DNA of 64,000 nucleotides from Candidatus Omnitrophota bacterium (GTDB lineage Bacteria; Ratteibacteria; UBA8468; B48-G9; DTJG01): contig JAMWCD010000006.1 of assembly GCA_023818965.1 (NCBI GenBank), forward strand, positions 205,475 to 269,474. Direction: 5' to 3'. Positions 47,536 through 56,632 of the stretch are shown here, in pieces (position 1 is the stretch's first letter; each line of letters starts with the position of its first letter). Both the position numbers and the translations under genes were made by a program. The notes under the pieces are model-generated. The model was given only the letters and a program-made list of their open reading frames with translations. It was not told where the DNA came from and ran no database searches.

Positions 47536-49095
47536 ATGCTATCAAAAAAATTTGTACTGTGTCTTGTATTGATGTTTTCAGTTTGTTCTTTTGCACAGAA
47601 GCAATTTACATTGAATTTTAATAATGTTGATATACTGACATTTATTAAACTTGTCAGTGAGTTCACAGGTGAAAACTATGTCATTGACCCTGCTGTGAGA
47701 GGAAGTGTAACAATCATTTCTCAAAAACCTGTTGAAAGTGAAAAATTATACCAGGTTTTTCAGGCAGTATTGAATCTTTATGGATTCACAGTTGTGAAAA
47801 GGGATAGTGTTTCATTTATCATTCCTTCGACAGATGGCAGAGCAAGGTCTCCAGTTGTTAACTATGGAGATATTGGCGATGACAAACTTGATATACATAT
47901 CACCCAGATTATTCCAATGAAATATTATACGGCTGACACTGTGACTCAGATTTTAACACCATACATTTCAAAGGCAGGACAGATTTCTTTTGATAGTAGA
48001 AGTAACACAATCTTTATTTCTGACTTTGGCTCAAATATAAAAAAAATTCTTGAAATAGTCAGGGCAATTGACCAGCCAAGTCCTCCAGGAAAAGAATCAT
48101 TAAGGGTCTTTAAACTTCAAAATGCTAATGCTGAGGATGTTGCAAAAACACTTAGTGATATTCTTGCCAAAAAAAGGGTTCAACCAGCAAGACCAGGTCA
48201 GGTTATTGTTCAACCTGCAGTCGTTTCTGTGAAATCGACAAATTCTTTGATTGTTTATGCTGAAGCAGATGATTTCACCAATATCGAAGGGCTTATTAAA
48301 GAACTTGATGTAATGACAAATCAGGTACTCATAGAAGCATTGATTGCTGAAGTTTCTTACAAGAGAGAACAGGACATAGGGATACAGTGGGCAACAGTTC
48401 AGGATTTTCACCATGATAAGTATTCTGGTTCTGCACAAACAAAGTTCGGGGTTGAAAACGTTACAAATGGCTTACTTATCGGTTTTACAAATGCCCAGAG
48501 TTTAATTGATTATGTAAAAATAGCACTATCAGGAAAAGATACACAGTTTAAGATTTTAAGTACTCCCCAGATTATGACAGCAGATAATACAGAGGCAACA
48601 ATCAATGTAAGTGAAAATACACCTTATTTGAAAGAAACAAGGTTTACAACAGGAACCGGTGGTACTGGTACTGATACAATAAGAAGTTATGATTACAAGG
48701 ATGTCGGAATTATTCTGAAAATAACACCACAAATCAGTCAGGATAGATATGTTCGTTTGAAATTGCATCAGGAAGTCACAAAGGTTATTACTGAAAACAC
48801 TGAAGGAGCATTAACAACAGCCAAACGTGAGGCAGATACCACACTGATTGTCCCGAACCATCAAACAGTTGTACTTGGAGGTCTAATTCGTGATGATAAT
48901 GAAAATACCATTAACAAAGTCCCTTTTCTTGGAGATATCCCTGGAATTGGAAAATTGTTCAGAAGGGAAACAAAAGGTAGTGTAAAAACGAATCTTTTGA
49001 TTTTTATCACGCCTCGTATTATTACGAATTTTGAAGAAGCAGAAAGAATAAAGCAAGAGAAGGAAAAAATTTTTAAAAATGAACAGAAAAATTAA
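47536..49095 (+). CDS. gspD: GspD-type secretin (type II secretion outer-membrane channel)
   Basis: Signal peptide, GspD N0 domain (FNNVDILTFIKLVSEFTGENYVIDPAVRGSVTIIS), N1-N3-like repeats, secretin core (VLIEALIAEVSY...GIQW), and the C-terminal VPFLGDIPGIGKLFRRE...LLIFITPRII. Confidence 0.85.
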   Translation: MLSKKFVLCLVLMFSVCSFAQKQFTLNFNNVDILTFIKLVSEFTGENYVIDPAVRGSVTIISQKPVESEKLYQVFQAVLNLYGFTVVKRDSVSFIIPSTDGRARSPVVNYGDIGDDKLDIHITQIIPMKYYTADTVTQILTPYISKAGQISFDSRSNTIFISDFGSNIKKILEIVRAIDQPSPPGKESLRVFKLQNANAEDVAKTLSDILAKKRVQPARPGQVIVQPAVVSVKSTNSLIVYAEADDFTNIEGLIKELDVMTNQVLIEALIAEVSYKREQDIGIQWATVQDFHHDKYSGSAQTKFGVENVTNGLLIGFTNAQSLIDYVKIALSGKDTQFKILSTPQIMTADNTEATINVSENTPYLKETRFTTGTGGTGTDTIRSYDYKDVGIILKITPQISQDRYVRLKLHQEVTKVITENTEGALTTAKREADTTLIVPNHQTVVLGGLIRDDNENTINKVPFLGDIPGIGKLFRRETKGSVKTNLLIFITPRIITNFEEAERIKQEKEKIFKNEQKN

Positions 49096-50620
49096 TCTTT
49101 CACTAACCAGTGAAGAAATTGAAAAACTTATTGACTCTGAATTGCTTCCAAAATTTCCATATTCTTTTCTTGAAAACTTTTCACTTTTACCATTAAGGGA
49201 TGCTCCTGGCAGGGTGTTATTTGCAACAAGCGACATTTCAAAAATTGATGCAGGAGAAATTGAACAATTTACAGGAAAAAAGGTTTCATTTGTGATTGTT
49301 GATAAACAGATTATTAGTGAACTTCTGAAAAAACATTATTACAATCCTGCATCATCCCAGAAAATCATTCAGGAATTAACACGTGATGAAGCAATGTTTG
49401 AAGAATCAATTCCAGAAGAACTTCCTTCACAAAATGGAGACCTTCTCGATCTTGCAAATCAAGCCCCTATTATACGACTTGTCAATCAGATTTTTTACAG
49501 GGCGATTTTGATGAGGGCAAGTGATATTCATCTTCAAAGTTTGGAAAACTATCTCAAGGTAAGATACAGGATTGATGGAATGCTTCATGATGTTCTCACA
49601 CTCCCTGCAAAATATCAACCTGCTGTGATTTCAAGGGTAAAAATCATTTCTGACCTTGATATTGCAGAAAAAAGAATTCCGCAGGATGGAAGAACAACAA
49701 TCAGAATTGATGATAGACAGATTGATGTGAGGGTATCAATTATTCCAACCTTTTTCGGAGAATCTGCAGTTTTGCGTTTACTTGACCAATCAACATATAA
49801 TTTTGGACTTAATGAACTCGGTTTTTCTGAAAATGATCTGGTGAGATTTGACAGGTTAATCCATTACGACCATGGAATAATACTTCTTACAGGTCCAACT
49901 GGTAGTGGAAAAACAACAACACTGTATGCGGCTCTTTCAAGGATTAATAATCCCCAGATTCATATTATTACGCTTGAAGACCCTGTTGAGTATCAACTTG
50001 ATGGAATTAACCAGATACAGGTTAATCCAAAGGTAGGACTTACATTTGCCAGTGGATTGCGTTCAATTTTGAGGCACGACCCTAATGTTATTATGGTTGG
50101 AGAAATACGAGACAGGGAAACAGCAGAAATGGCAATTCAGGCATCTCTTACAGGACATCTTGTTTTCAGTACCCTTCATACGAATGATTCGACAAGTTCC
50201 ATTACTCGTCTTCTTGATATGGGCATAGAGCCATATCTTATTGCTTCCTCTGTCATTGGAATTATTGCCCAGCGACTGGTTCGCCTTAATTGTGTTAAGT
50301 GTTCTGAACCTGTTTTGTATCCTGACGAACTTTTAAGGGAAATTGGACTTGACCCTTCTGCTGATGGATATAATTTTAAAAAGGGAAAAGGTTGCGAAGT
50401 TTGTTTAAATACGGGCTATCACAAAAGAACAGGTATTTTTGAATTTCTTGAAATTGATGACGAAATTCGTAATCTTATTATGAAGCAGGTTTCAGCAGGA
50501 GAAATCAGAAGATATGCCCTCAGCAAAGGATTGAGAACCTTACGGATGGATGGAGCAAGAAAGGTTGCTGAAGGGCTTACAACAATCAGTGAAGTCCTCA
50601 GAGTAACCCAGGAAACCTGA
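49079..50620 (+). CDS. gspE: GspE/PilB-family secretion ATPase
   Basis: 513 aa. Walker A (LLTGPTGSGKTTTLYA), Asp box, Walker B, His box, and a tetracysteine zinc motif (CVKCSEP...CEVCLNTGY). Confidence 0.9.
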   Translation: MNRKINLSLTSEEIEKLIDSELLPKFPYSFLENFSLLPLRDAPGRVLFATSDISKIDAGEIEQFTGKKVSFVIVDKQIISELLKKHYYNPASSQKIIQELTRDEAMFEESIPEELPSQNGDLLDLANQAPIIRLVNQIFYRAILMRASDIHLQSLENYLKVRYRIDGMLHDVLTLPAKYQPAVISRVKIISDLDIAEKRIPQDGRTTIRIDDRQIDVRVSIIPTFFGESAVLRLLDQSTYNFGLNELGFSENDLVRFDRLIHYDHGIILLTGPTGSGKTTTLYAALSRINNPQIHIITLEDPVEYQLDGINQIQVNPKVGLTFASGLRSILRHDPNVIMVGEIRDRETAEMAIQASLTGHLVFSTLHTNDSTSSITRLLDMGIEPYLIASSVIGIIAQRLVRLNCVKCSEPVLYPDELLREIGLDPSADGYNFKKGKGCEVCLNTGYHKRTGIFEFLEIDDEIRNLIMKQVSAGEIRRYALSKGLRTLRMDGARKVAEGLTTISEVLRVTQET

Positions 50621-50621
50621 A

Positions 50622-51818
50622 ATGCCGGTATTTTCCTACGATGGCTTTGATAGGCAGGGGAAACATGTTTCTGGCAGAATTGAAGCCGATAATATTTCCA
50701 TTGCCAGAGCCATGGTTAAGGAAAATGGTATCTTTATAAAAAAAATTGTTCCTTTCAATCAGCCCAAACGTTTTCGCACTGAAAAGGTTAAAATGGATGA
50801 TTTTGCGCTTTCAATAAGAGAACTTGCTACATTGCTTAATTCAGGATTAACCCTTGATGAAAGTGTATCAGGAATTATTGCCCAGATGAAGGAAGGGAAA
50901 CTTAAAGATGTTTATACAGATATCCAGAAGCAAATCAGGGAAGGTAAAAGTTTTTCAAAGGCAGCATCACAGTATCCTGAACTTTTTTCAGATATCTCTC
51001 TTTCAATGATAAAGTCAGGAGAGGCAAGTGGAACACTTGGACTGGTCCTTGAGCACATTGCAAAATTTTTGGAAGAATCAATTTATTTCAAAAATAAGGT
51101 TCTTGGTATTATGACCTATCCAATTATGATGGCTATTGTTGGCACATTTGTCTTGATTTTTGTCTTTACTTTTGTTACACCAACAATCACAAGAATTTTT
51201 TCAGAAATTTCCCTTAAACTGCCTTTACCGACACTTATTCTGATAAAGTTTTCATCTTTTTTAAGGCACTACATCCTTGCAGTAATTGCATTTATACTGA
51301 TTGCAGTATATCTTATTGCAAGATACATTCATTCAGAAAAAGGAAAAGCAAGTTTCGCAAGATTTAGAAGGAAAATTCCATACCTTGGTGAGATTTTTTT
51401 CAAAAGTGAGATTGCAAACTTTACTGGTACTTTAGGAACACTTCTTCAAGGAGGTGTTGAAATTCTTACCAGTTTCAACATTGCACAGGAGGTTGTATCG
51501 AATCCTGATTTAAGACAGCAGATTGACAGGGCAAGAGACCTGATTTCACGTGGACAAAGTGTTTCATCTGCACTTCGTAAAACAACAATGTTTCCTTACA
51601 CTGTCATTCAACTGATTTCAGCAGGGGAAAAAAGTGGAACAATGCCACAGATGTTGATGAAAATCTCTGTAAATTTCAAAGAGGAAGTTTCTCAGAAGGC
51701 AACAAGATTCGTAACAATTCTTGAACCATTTATGATTCTTTTTATGGCTGTAATTGTGGGTTTTGTAGTTATTGGAATCATGCTGCCGATTTTTCAAATC
51801 AGTCAGAGTATAAGATGA
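50622..51818 (+). CDS. gspF: GspF/PilC-family inner-membrane platform protein
   Basis: 398 aa. Two repeated GspF domains separated by TM helices, plus the conserved start PxFxYxGxDxxG. Confidence 0.9.
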   Translation: MPVFSYDGFDRQGKHVSGRIEADNISIARAMVKENGIFIKKIVPFNQPKRFRTEKVKMDDFALSIRELATLLNSGLTLDESVSGIIAQMKEGKLKDVYTDIQKQIREGKSFSKAASQYPELFSDISLSMIKSGEASGTLGLVLEHIAKFLEESIYFKNKVLGIMTYPIMMAIVGTFVLIFVFTFVTPTITRIFSEISLKLPLPTLILIKFSSFLRHYILAVIAFILIAVYLIARYIHSEKGKASFARFRRKIPYLGEIFFKSEIANFTGTLGTLLQGGVEILTSFNIAQEVVSNPDLRQQIDRARDLISRGQSVSSALRKTTMFPYTVIQLISAGEKSGTMPQMLMKISVNFKEEVSQKATRFVTILEPFMILFMAVIVGFVVIGIMLPIFQISQSIR

Positions 51819-51893
51819 AAAGTTTATTTAAACCATTTTTTAATTTCCCATTTTACAAAGGTGGATAAAGGAGGATTTTAACAGGGAGAACAT

Positions 51894-52349
51894 ATGAGAA
51901 ACAGAAAAGGATTTACCTTCATAGAATTGATGGCTGTTGTAATAATTCTTGGAATTCTGGCAATGTATGTAATGCCAAAGATATTTGGAAGGGTTGACGA
52001 AGCAAAGGTAACTGCAGCAAAGATTCAGATAAAAAGCTTTGAACAGGCACTAAAACTTTTTTATCTGGATAATAATTTCTATCCTTCTACAGAACAGGGT
52101 CTTGAGGCTCTTGTAGAAAAACCAACAACAGGAAGGATTCCTGAAAAATGGCGAGAAGGTGGATATCTTGAAAAAAAGTCAATTCCTCTGGACCCATGGG
52201 GACATCCTTATGTATATTTATCCCCGGGAAGAAATGGTGAGGACTATGAAATTATTTCATACGGGAAAGACGGTCAGGAAGGTGGAACAGGATATGATGC
52301 AGACATCTCAAGCAGTGAAATTGAACCCACAGAAAAACCATCTCAATAA
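51894..52349 (+). CDS. gspG: major pseudopilin GspG
   Basis: RKGFTFIELMAVVIILGILA prepilin leader, and the GspG-specific body ...EQGLEALVEKPT...LDPWGHPYVYLSPGRNGEDYEIISYGKDGQEGGTGYDADI. Confidence 0.9.
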   Translation: MRNRKGFTFIELMAVVIILGILAMYVMPKIFGRVDEAKVTAAKIQIKSFEQALKLFYLDNNFYPSTEQGLEALVEKPTTGRIPEKWREGGYLEKKSIPLDPWGHPYVYLSPGRNGEDYEIISYGKDGQEGGTGYDADISSSEIEPTEKPSQ

Positions 52350-52808
52350 AGGGTTTACGCTTTTTGAACTGATGGTAGTAATCCTCATTATTAGTTTTTT
52401 TTTGTCAACATGGCTCGCTACTCAACATTTTCTTTTGAAGAAAAAACCAAAATTCCTGAGATTGAGGAAATCATCAATCAAGCAACCAGCACATCTTTAA
52501 GTTCTGGAAAGCCATATATTTTATTTTTCAACATTGATGAACAATCGTATGTCCTGGTTGAAAGAGACCAGACAATTTTAAAAAATGTTCCTGATGGGGT
52601 TTCTTATAACAAACTATCAGGAGATTTTAAAATCATTCGTATCACAGTAAATGGCTATAACTATGAATCAGGTTGTCCTGGAATTACATTTTTTGCTGAT
52701 GGAAGTCGGGAATATGCAGAGATTGAATTAGAAAGTATTGAAGGAACAAGGTGGACTGTTGTTTTGAATCCTTACTCATCAGTTGCCGAAATTACTCAAT
52801 CATCGTAA
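52294..52808 (+). pseudogene. gspH: GspH-like minor pseudopilin interrupted by a frameshift in a T10 homopolymer (52393-52402)
   Basis: The prepilin leader NKGFTLFELMVVILIISFF is in the frame of ORF 52159..52500. The C-terminal body (ORF 52410..52808) is in another frame. Inserting one T in the T10 run joins them as ...ISFFFVNMARYSTFSF... Confidence 0.5.
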
Positions 52809-53191
52809 TGAAAAGAAAAACTGGTTTTACGCTTCTTGAAGCAATGGTGGCAGTTGGAATATTTGCAATACTTGGTATTGTTTGTCTTGAAAATTATCTT
52901 CTTAATGCAGGTATTGCCCAGAAGATTATTGATGACCAGACATGTTTGATTCTTGCCAGGCAAAAGGAATTTGAGTACTTACAGAATCCTGAAAATATAA
53001 GTGAAACAGGTGATTTTGGAGATATTGACCCAGAAGCGAAATATCAAATAGAGACAAGTGATATATCAGTAAGTGAAACTGTGACTGTTGACAGTGAAAT
53101 TACTCTCAACTTTACTGTTGTGAGGATGATTGTGAAAAAAAGAAGTTCAATGGTTTCTTATCCTTTTTTAATAAAACCAGCGACAGAATAA
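52808..53191 (+). CDS. gspI: GspI-like minor pseudopilin
   Basis: MKRKTGFTLLEAMVAVGIFAILGI leader. About 127 aa, the typical size for GspI. Confidence 0.65.
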   Translation: MKRKTGFTLLEAMVAVGIFAILGIVCLENYLLNAGIAQKIIDDQTCLILARQKEFEYLQNPENISETGDFGDIDPEAKYQIETSDISVSETVTVDSEITLNFTVVRMIVKKRSSMVSYPFLIKPATE

Positions 53192-53212
53192 AAACAGCAA
53201 GGATTTTTTGAA

Positions 53213-53764
53213 ATGATGAATTACACAATGGAAAAAAAGAATGCAGGTTTTACATTGATGGAGATGCTTGTAGTTATTGTGATTGGTTTTATTATTGTAC
53301 TTCTTGTTTATCAGACGATGCAATCAACAATTCGTGTTTCTGCGGTAATACAGGAAAAAATTACTGATATGCAAAGAGTGAATTTTTTTCTCACATCATT
53401 TTCATCCCGTTTATTATGTATTGTTCCTGACAGCAAGAACAATAGTTTTACCAGCAGTAAAGTTTCCATTGAACTGGACGAATATAATTCAAGAAAAATT
53501 ATTACCTATGAAATTGAACCAGATGAAACAGGAAAATTTGGCCTTACTGTTGGTGAAAAGGATATTCTATTAAATACAGAGTGTTCATATCCTGGATTGA
53601 GTGGTCTTGATAGCATAGAATTTTCATTTTTTGATGGTGATTCGTGGTTGACTGATTGGGATAAAGATACATTACCACAGGGAATAGCCATTACATTTGT
53701 GAGAAATGGTTCTAAAATATTTTTTCCTGTGAAACTTGACATTCAAAGTGTGCAGGAAACATAA
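53213..53764 (+). CDS. gspJ: GspJ-like minor pseudopilin
   Basis: KKNAGFTLMEMLVVIVIGFIIVLL leader and a GspJ-like C-terminus (...WLTDWDKDTLPQGIAITF). Confidence 0.65.
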   Translation: MMNYTMEKKNAGFTLMEMLVVIVIGFIIVLLVYQTMQSTIRVSAVIQEKITDMQRVNFFLTSFSSRLLCIVPDSKNNSFTSSKVSIELDEYNSRKIITYEIEPDETGKFGLTVGEKDILLNTECSYPGLSGLDSIEFSFFDGDSWLTDWDKDTLPQGIAITFVRNGSKIFFPVKLDIQSVQET

Positions 53765-53785
53765 TGATGAAATTCTCATTTTCCT

Positions 53786-53940
53786 CTTTTCCACCTTCCC
53801 TTCAGGAAGGAGGGAATGCAAGGGGAGGTTGAAATCTCCCAAAAATCCCCCTCTGTCCCCCTTTGAAAAAGGGGGAAGAGAAGGGGGATTTTAGAAAAGG
53901 GGGCAATAGAGGGAAAAATTGAATGGAAGGGGAATTTACA
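53786..53940. repeat. cluster A of G/C-rich hairpin repeats (C5T3-loop-A3G5 family) in the gspJ-gspK intergenic spacer
   Basis: ccttcaggaagg palindrome, tccccctttgaaaaaggggga hairpin, and repeated gggggatttt / aagggggaa motifs. Strongly G/C-biased compared with the flanking AT-rich DNA. Confidence 0.6.
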
Positions 53941-53998
53941 AGAGGGTAAAAAATATGGTTAAGTTTGGCAGAACCAAAAAGAATATGGAGTTAAACAG

Positions 53999-54898
53999 AT
54001 GAAAAATGGTTTCATACTCATTACCACGCTGGCATTTCTTGCAATTCTTGCTGCAAATGCTGTGCTACTATCGGATTTTATTAGATTTCGTGCTGAACTT
54101 CAACACAATCAGAATGCACAGTTTCTTGTTGACAAAATTGCAAGGGCAGGAATCAGTGCAGGTGAAACAATTTTACTTCTGGATAAAAACTCATATGACT
54201 GGTTTACTGATATATGGGTGAAGCCAAAACATCTTGAGTTTCCTGAAGGAAGTGTTGATATTACCATTGAGCCACTTGATACAAAATTCAATGTTAACAG
54301 TATTATTGGTCGTGATAAATCAATAAACACTCAGGCAAAAAACATTTTCAGTAATCTTTTGTCTGTTATGGGTTTTCCTTCATCCCTTCTTGATACACTG
54401 CTTGACTGGCTTGATAGCGATGATTTTCCAGGAGTTTTCGGAGCAGAATCAGAATATTATGCAACCCTTGTACCACCGTATAAACCTGCCAATGGACCTT
54501 TGAATGATACATTTGAACTTGCGTATATCAAAGGGTTTACACCTGAAATTTTAATCCGTAGCGGAGAAAGACCAGGGCTTATTGATTTGCTTACAATCTT
54601 TTCTGATAATAAAATAAATGTTAATATGGCTGACCCGATAATATTACAGGCACTCGGGTATTCATCTGCTTCTGTTGAGAAGATTTTGAATGAAAGAGAA
54701 CTCAGACCATTAACAATGAATATTCTTATGAGGATTGACAGACGGACGACAGGATCTCTTACAAGGGTAATAAAATTTTCAAGCAGTTTTTTTAAGATCA
54801 CTGCCCATGCAACATGTGCTGGAATTTCATCTACGCAATCACTTGTTGTTCAGAGGGCAAATAACAAAATCACAAGATTGAGATGGGAAAGAAATTGA
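53999..54898 (+). CDS. gspK: GspK-like minor pseudopilin
   Basis: 299 aa. N-terminal hydrophobic prepilin-like segment (GFILITTLAFLAILAANAVLL) and a GspK-like body (KFNVNSI...ADPIILQALG). Confidence 0.7.
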   Translation: MKNGFILITTLAFLAILAANAVLLSDFIRFRAELQHNQNAQFLVDKIARAGISAGETILLLDKNSYDWFTDIWVKPKHLEFPEGSVDITIEPLDTKFNVNSIIGRDKSINTQAKNIFSNLLSVMGFPSSLLDTLLDWLDSDDFPGVFGAESEYYATLVPPYKPANGPLNDTFELAYIKGFTPEILIRSGERPGLIDLLTIFSDNKINVNMADPIILQALGYSSASVEKILNERELRPLTMNILMRIDRRTTGSLTRVIKFSSSFFKITAHATCAGISSTQSLVVQRANNKITRLRWERN

Positions 54899-56148
54899 AC
54901 TTAATTGTCTATATCAGGGATAAGGAAAGATTTTATTTATCTACAGGTGAAAAGAAGATTTCATCTGTATTTGAAAATCATCCGGATATCTCTTCATTTT
55001 TCGAAGAAAATCATGTGACACATGTTACTGTTATCTTCGGTCGGCCTGCGATTTTTATCAGAAAAATTGAATTTCCATTTTCTTCTCTGAAAATGATTTC
55101 GCAGGTAATTTTAGAAGAAACATCTCCACTGTTCCCTGTTTCAACCGAAGAACTTGAACTATTCTGGTATCCTGTGTTAAAAGAAAAGACAAAAACCATT
55201 GTATCAATTCTTGGAATAGAAAAAAGCAAGATCGAGAAATGGCAAAAATTGAGTGCAACCCACAAATTCAAACTCAATATTTGTTTTGAACCATTTATTC
55301 TTTCCAATTATGTATCAAAAATCACAACAGAACGAAATTTTATTCTTGTTTTCGTTGACCATAATTACTTTGCCCGATACATTGTGAAAAATAAAATGGT
55401 CGTTGAAAGTAATTCTTCATATATTGAACCTGATACGATTGAAAATGTGCTGGCAGATGTTGTCAATAATAATGATGAAAGACATCCAGTTTTTTGTATA
55501 ACAGATTCAAAATTTTCTGCAAGAACCGACCAGTATACACTTTTGATTCCGCCTGCTTCAGAATCGGTCTCATCGGTTCTTTTTTCAATTTTTGAATCAA
55601 AGAAGAATTTATGCAAGCCATCCCACAGAGTATTTTCAGTTTCACGTTCAGAACTTGCGGTCAATCCTTTTGTCCTGCTGGCTGTGATTTGTTATCTCAT
55701 CATTGCAGGATTGATGTTCAGACCATTGTTGATAGCAAGGCAAATTCAGGAAAAGGTGAATGATACAGATAAAAAAATGGAACAAATTTTCAGGGAGGCA
55801 TTTCCTGATGTAAAAAAAATTGTTAATCCTGTTATACAGGCGAGGGAAAGGTTGAGAAATATTGGTGATGTTCAGAAAGTGGTTCCAAAAATTTCAGTAA
55901 TTTCTATAATGAAAGAAATTTCAGATATTGTTCCTGCCAATTTTCCTTTTAAAGTATCCCAGATGAGTTTGCGTGGCAGTGACCTTTTTTTAACCTGTTC
56001 CACTGATACACTTGAAAATGTTGAGTTACTTACGCAGAAATTTACCAGGTCCAGTATTTTCCAGAATGTAAAAGTGGGTAGCATTGTTCCTGAATCAGGA
56101 CAGATTACATTCAACCTGTTGATGAAAGTTAAATATGAAAAAAATTAA
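54883..56148 (+). CDS. gspL: GspL-like inner-membrane protein (cytoplasmic actin-like domain, TM, periplasmic domain)
   Basis: 421 aa. Approximately 250 aa cytoplasmic domain, TM helix (FVLLAVICYLIIAGLMF), and a periplasmic approximately 140 aa domain. Position between gspK and gspM. Confidence 0.55.
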   Translation: MGKKLNLIVYIRDKERFYLSTGEKKISSVFENHPDISSFFEENHVTHVTVIFGRPAIFIRKIEFPFSSLKMISQVILEETSPLFPVSTEELELFWYPVLKEKTKTIVSILGIEKSKIEKWQKLSATHKFKLNICFEPFILSNYVSKITTERNFILVFVDHNYFARYIVKNKMVVESNSSYIEPDTIENVLADVVNNNDERHPVFCITDSKFSARTDQYTLLIPPASESVSSVLFSIFESKKNLCKPSHRVFSVSRSELAVNPFVLLAVICYLIIAGLMFRPLLIARQIQEKVNDTDKKMEQIFREAFPDVKKIVNPVIQARERLRNIGDVQKVVPKISVISIMKEISDIVPANFPFKVSQMSLRGSDLFLTCSTDTLENVELLTQKFTRSSIFQNVKVGSIVPESGQITFNLLMKVKYEKN

Positions 56149-56632
56149 TTACAAAAATTTGTTGCTTGGGGGCTTTCTTATTCTACTGTTGCTTTATCAA
56201 TTTGTTTGTGCGCCAGGCATAAGAAAGATCAAAGGCCTCAACAAAACATATATTCAGAAGCAAAAAGAACTTGAAACATTGAACAATTTAATATCCCAGT
56301 ATAAGGCAAGGACAACTCAATCAACCACCTTGTTTGCTCCTTCCAATTTCAACCTTTATCTTTTTGTTTCTAAATCCATTGATATGATTGATTCAAAGGC
56401 ACGTATTTCAAGAATAACACCCGTGACAGAAAGTATTCTCTTAAATGCCATTGAACAACACATTACAATTGGAATTGAAGAAATTGAACTTGAGAAACTT
56501 TTAATGTTGCTTGATGAAATTGAGAAAAGGGACTTTTTGAGATATGGTTATCTTCAGATTTCTCGCAATGCCCAGAAACCCTTTGTTGTTAAAGCAGAGA
56601 TGGAAATTATTTCTTATAAGCCAGTCCAATGA
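56135..56632 (+). CDS. gspM: GspM-like inner-membrane protein
   Basis: 165 aa. Single N-terminal TM helix (LLLGGFLILLLLYQF) and a small periplasmic domain. Positional inference. Confidence 0.5.
   Translation: MKKINYKNLLLGGFLILLLLYQFVCAPGIRKIKGLNKTYIQKQKELETLNNLISQYKARTTQSTTLFAPSNFNLYLFVSKSIDMIDSKARISRITPVTESILLNAIEQHITIGIEEIELEKLLMLLDEIEKRDFLRYGYLQISRNAQKPFVVKAEMEIISYKPVQ

Noticed and set aside
52159-52500. 113-aa ORF 52159-52500 as an independent gene overlapping the gspG 3' end
   Set aside because: Only its distal part (from about 52294) makes sense, as the prepilin leader of the frameshifted GspH-like gene. The upstream part is a read-through of the gspG 3' region in another frame.
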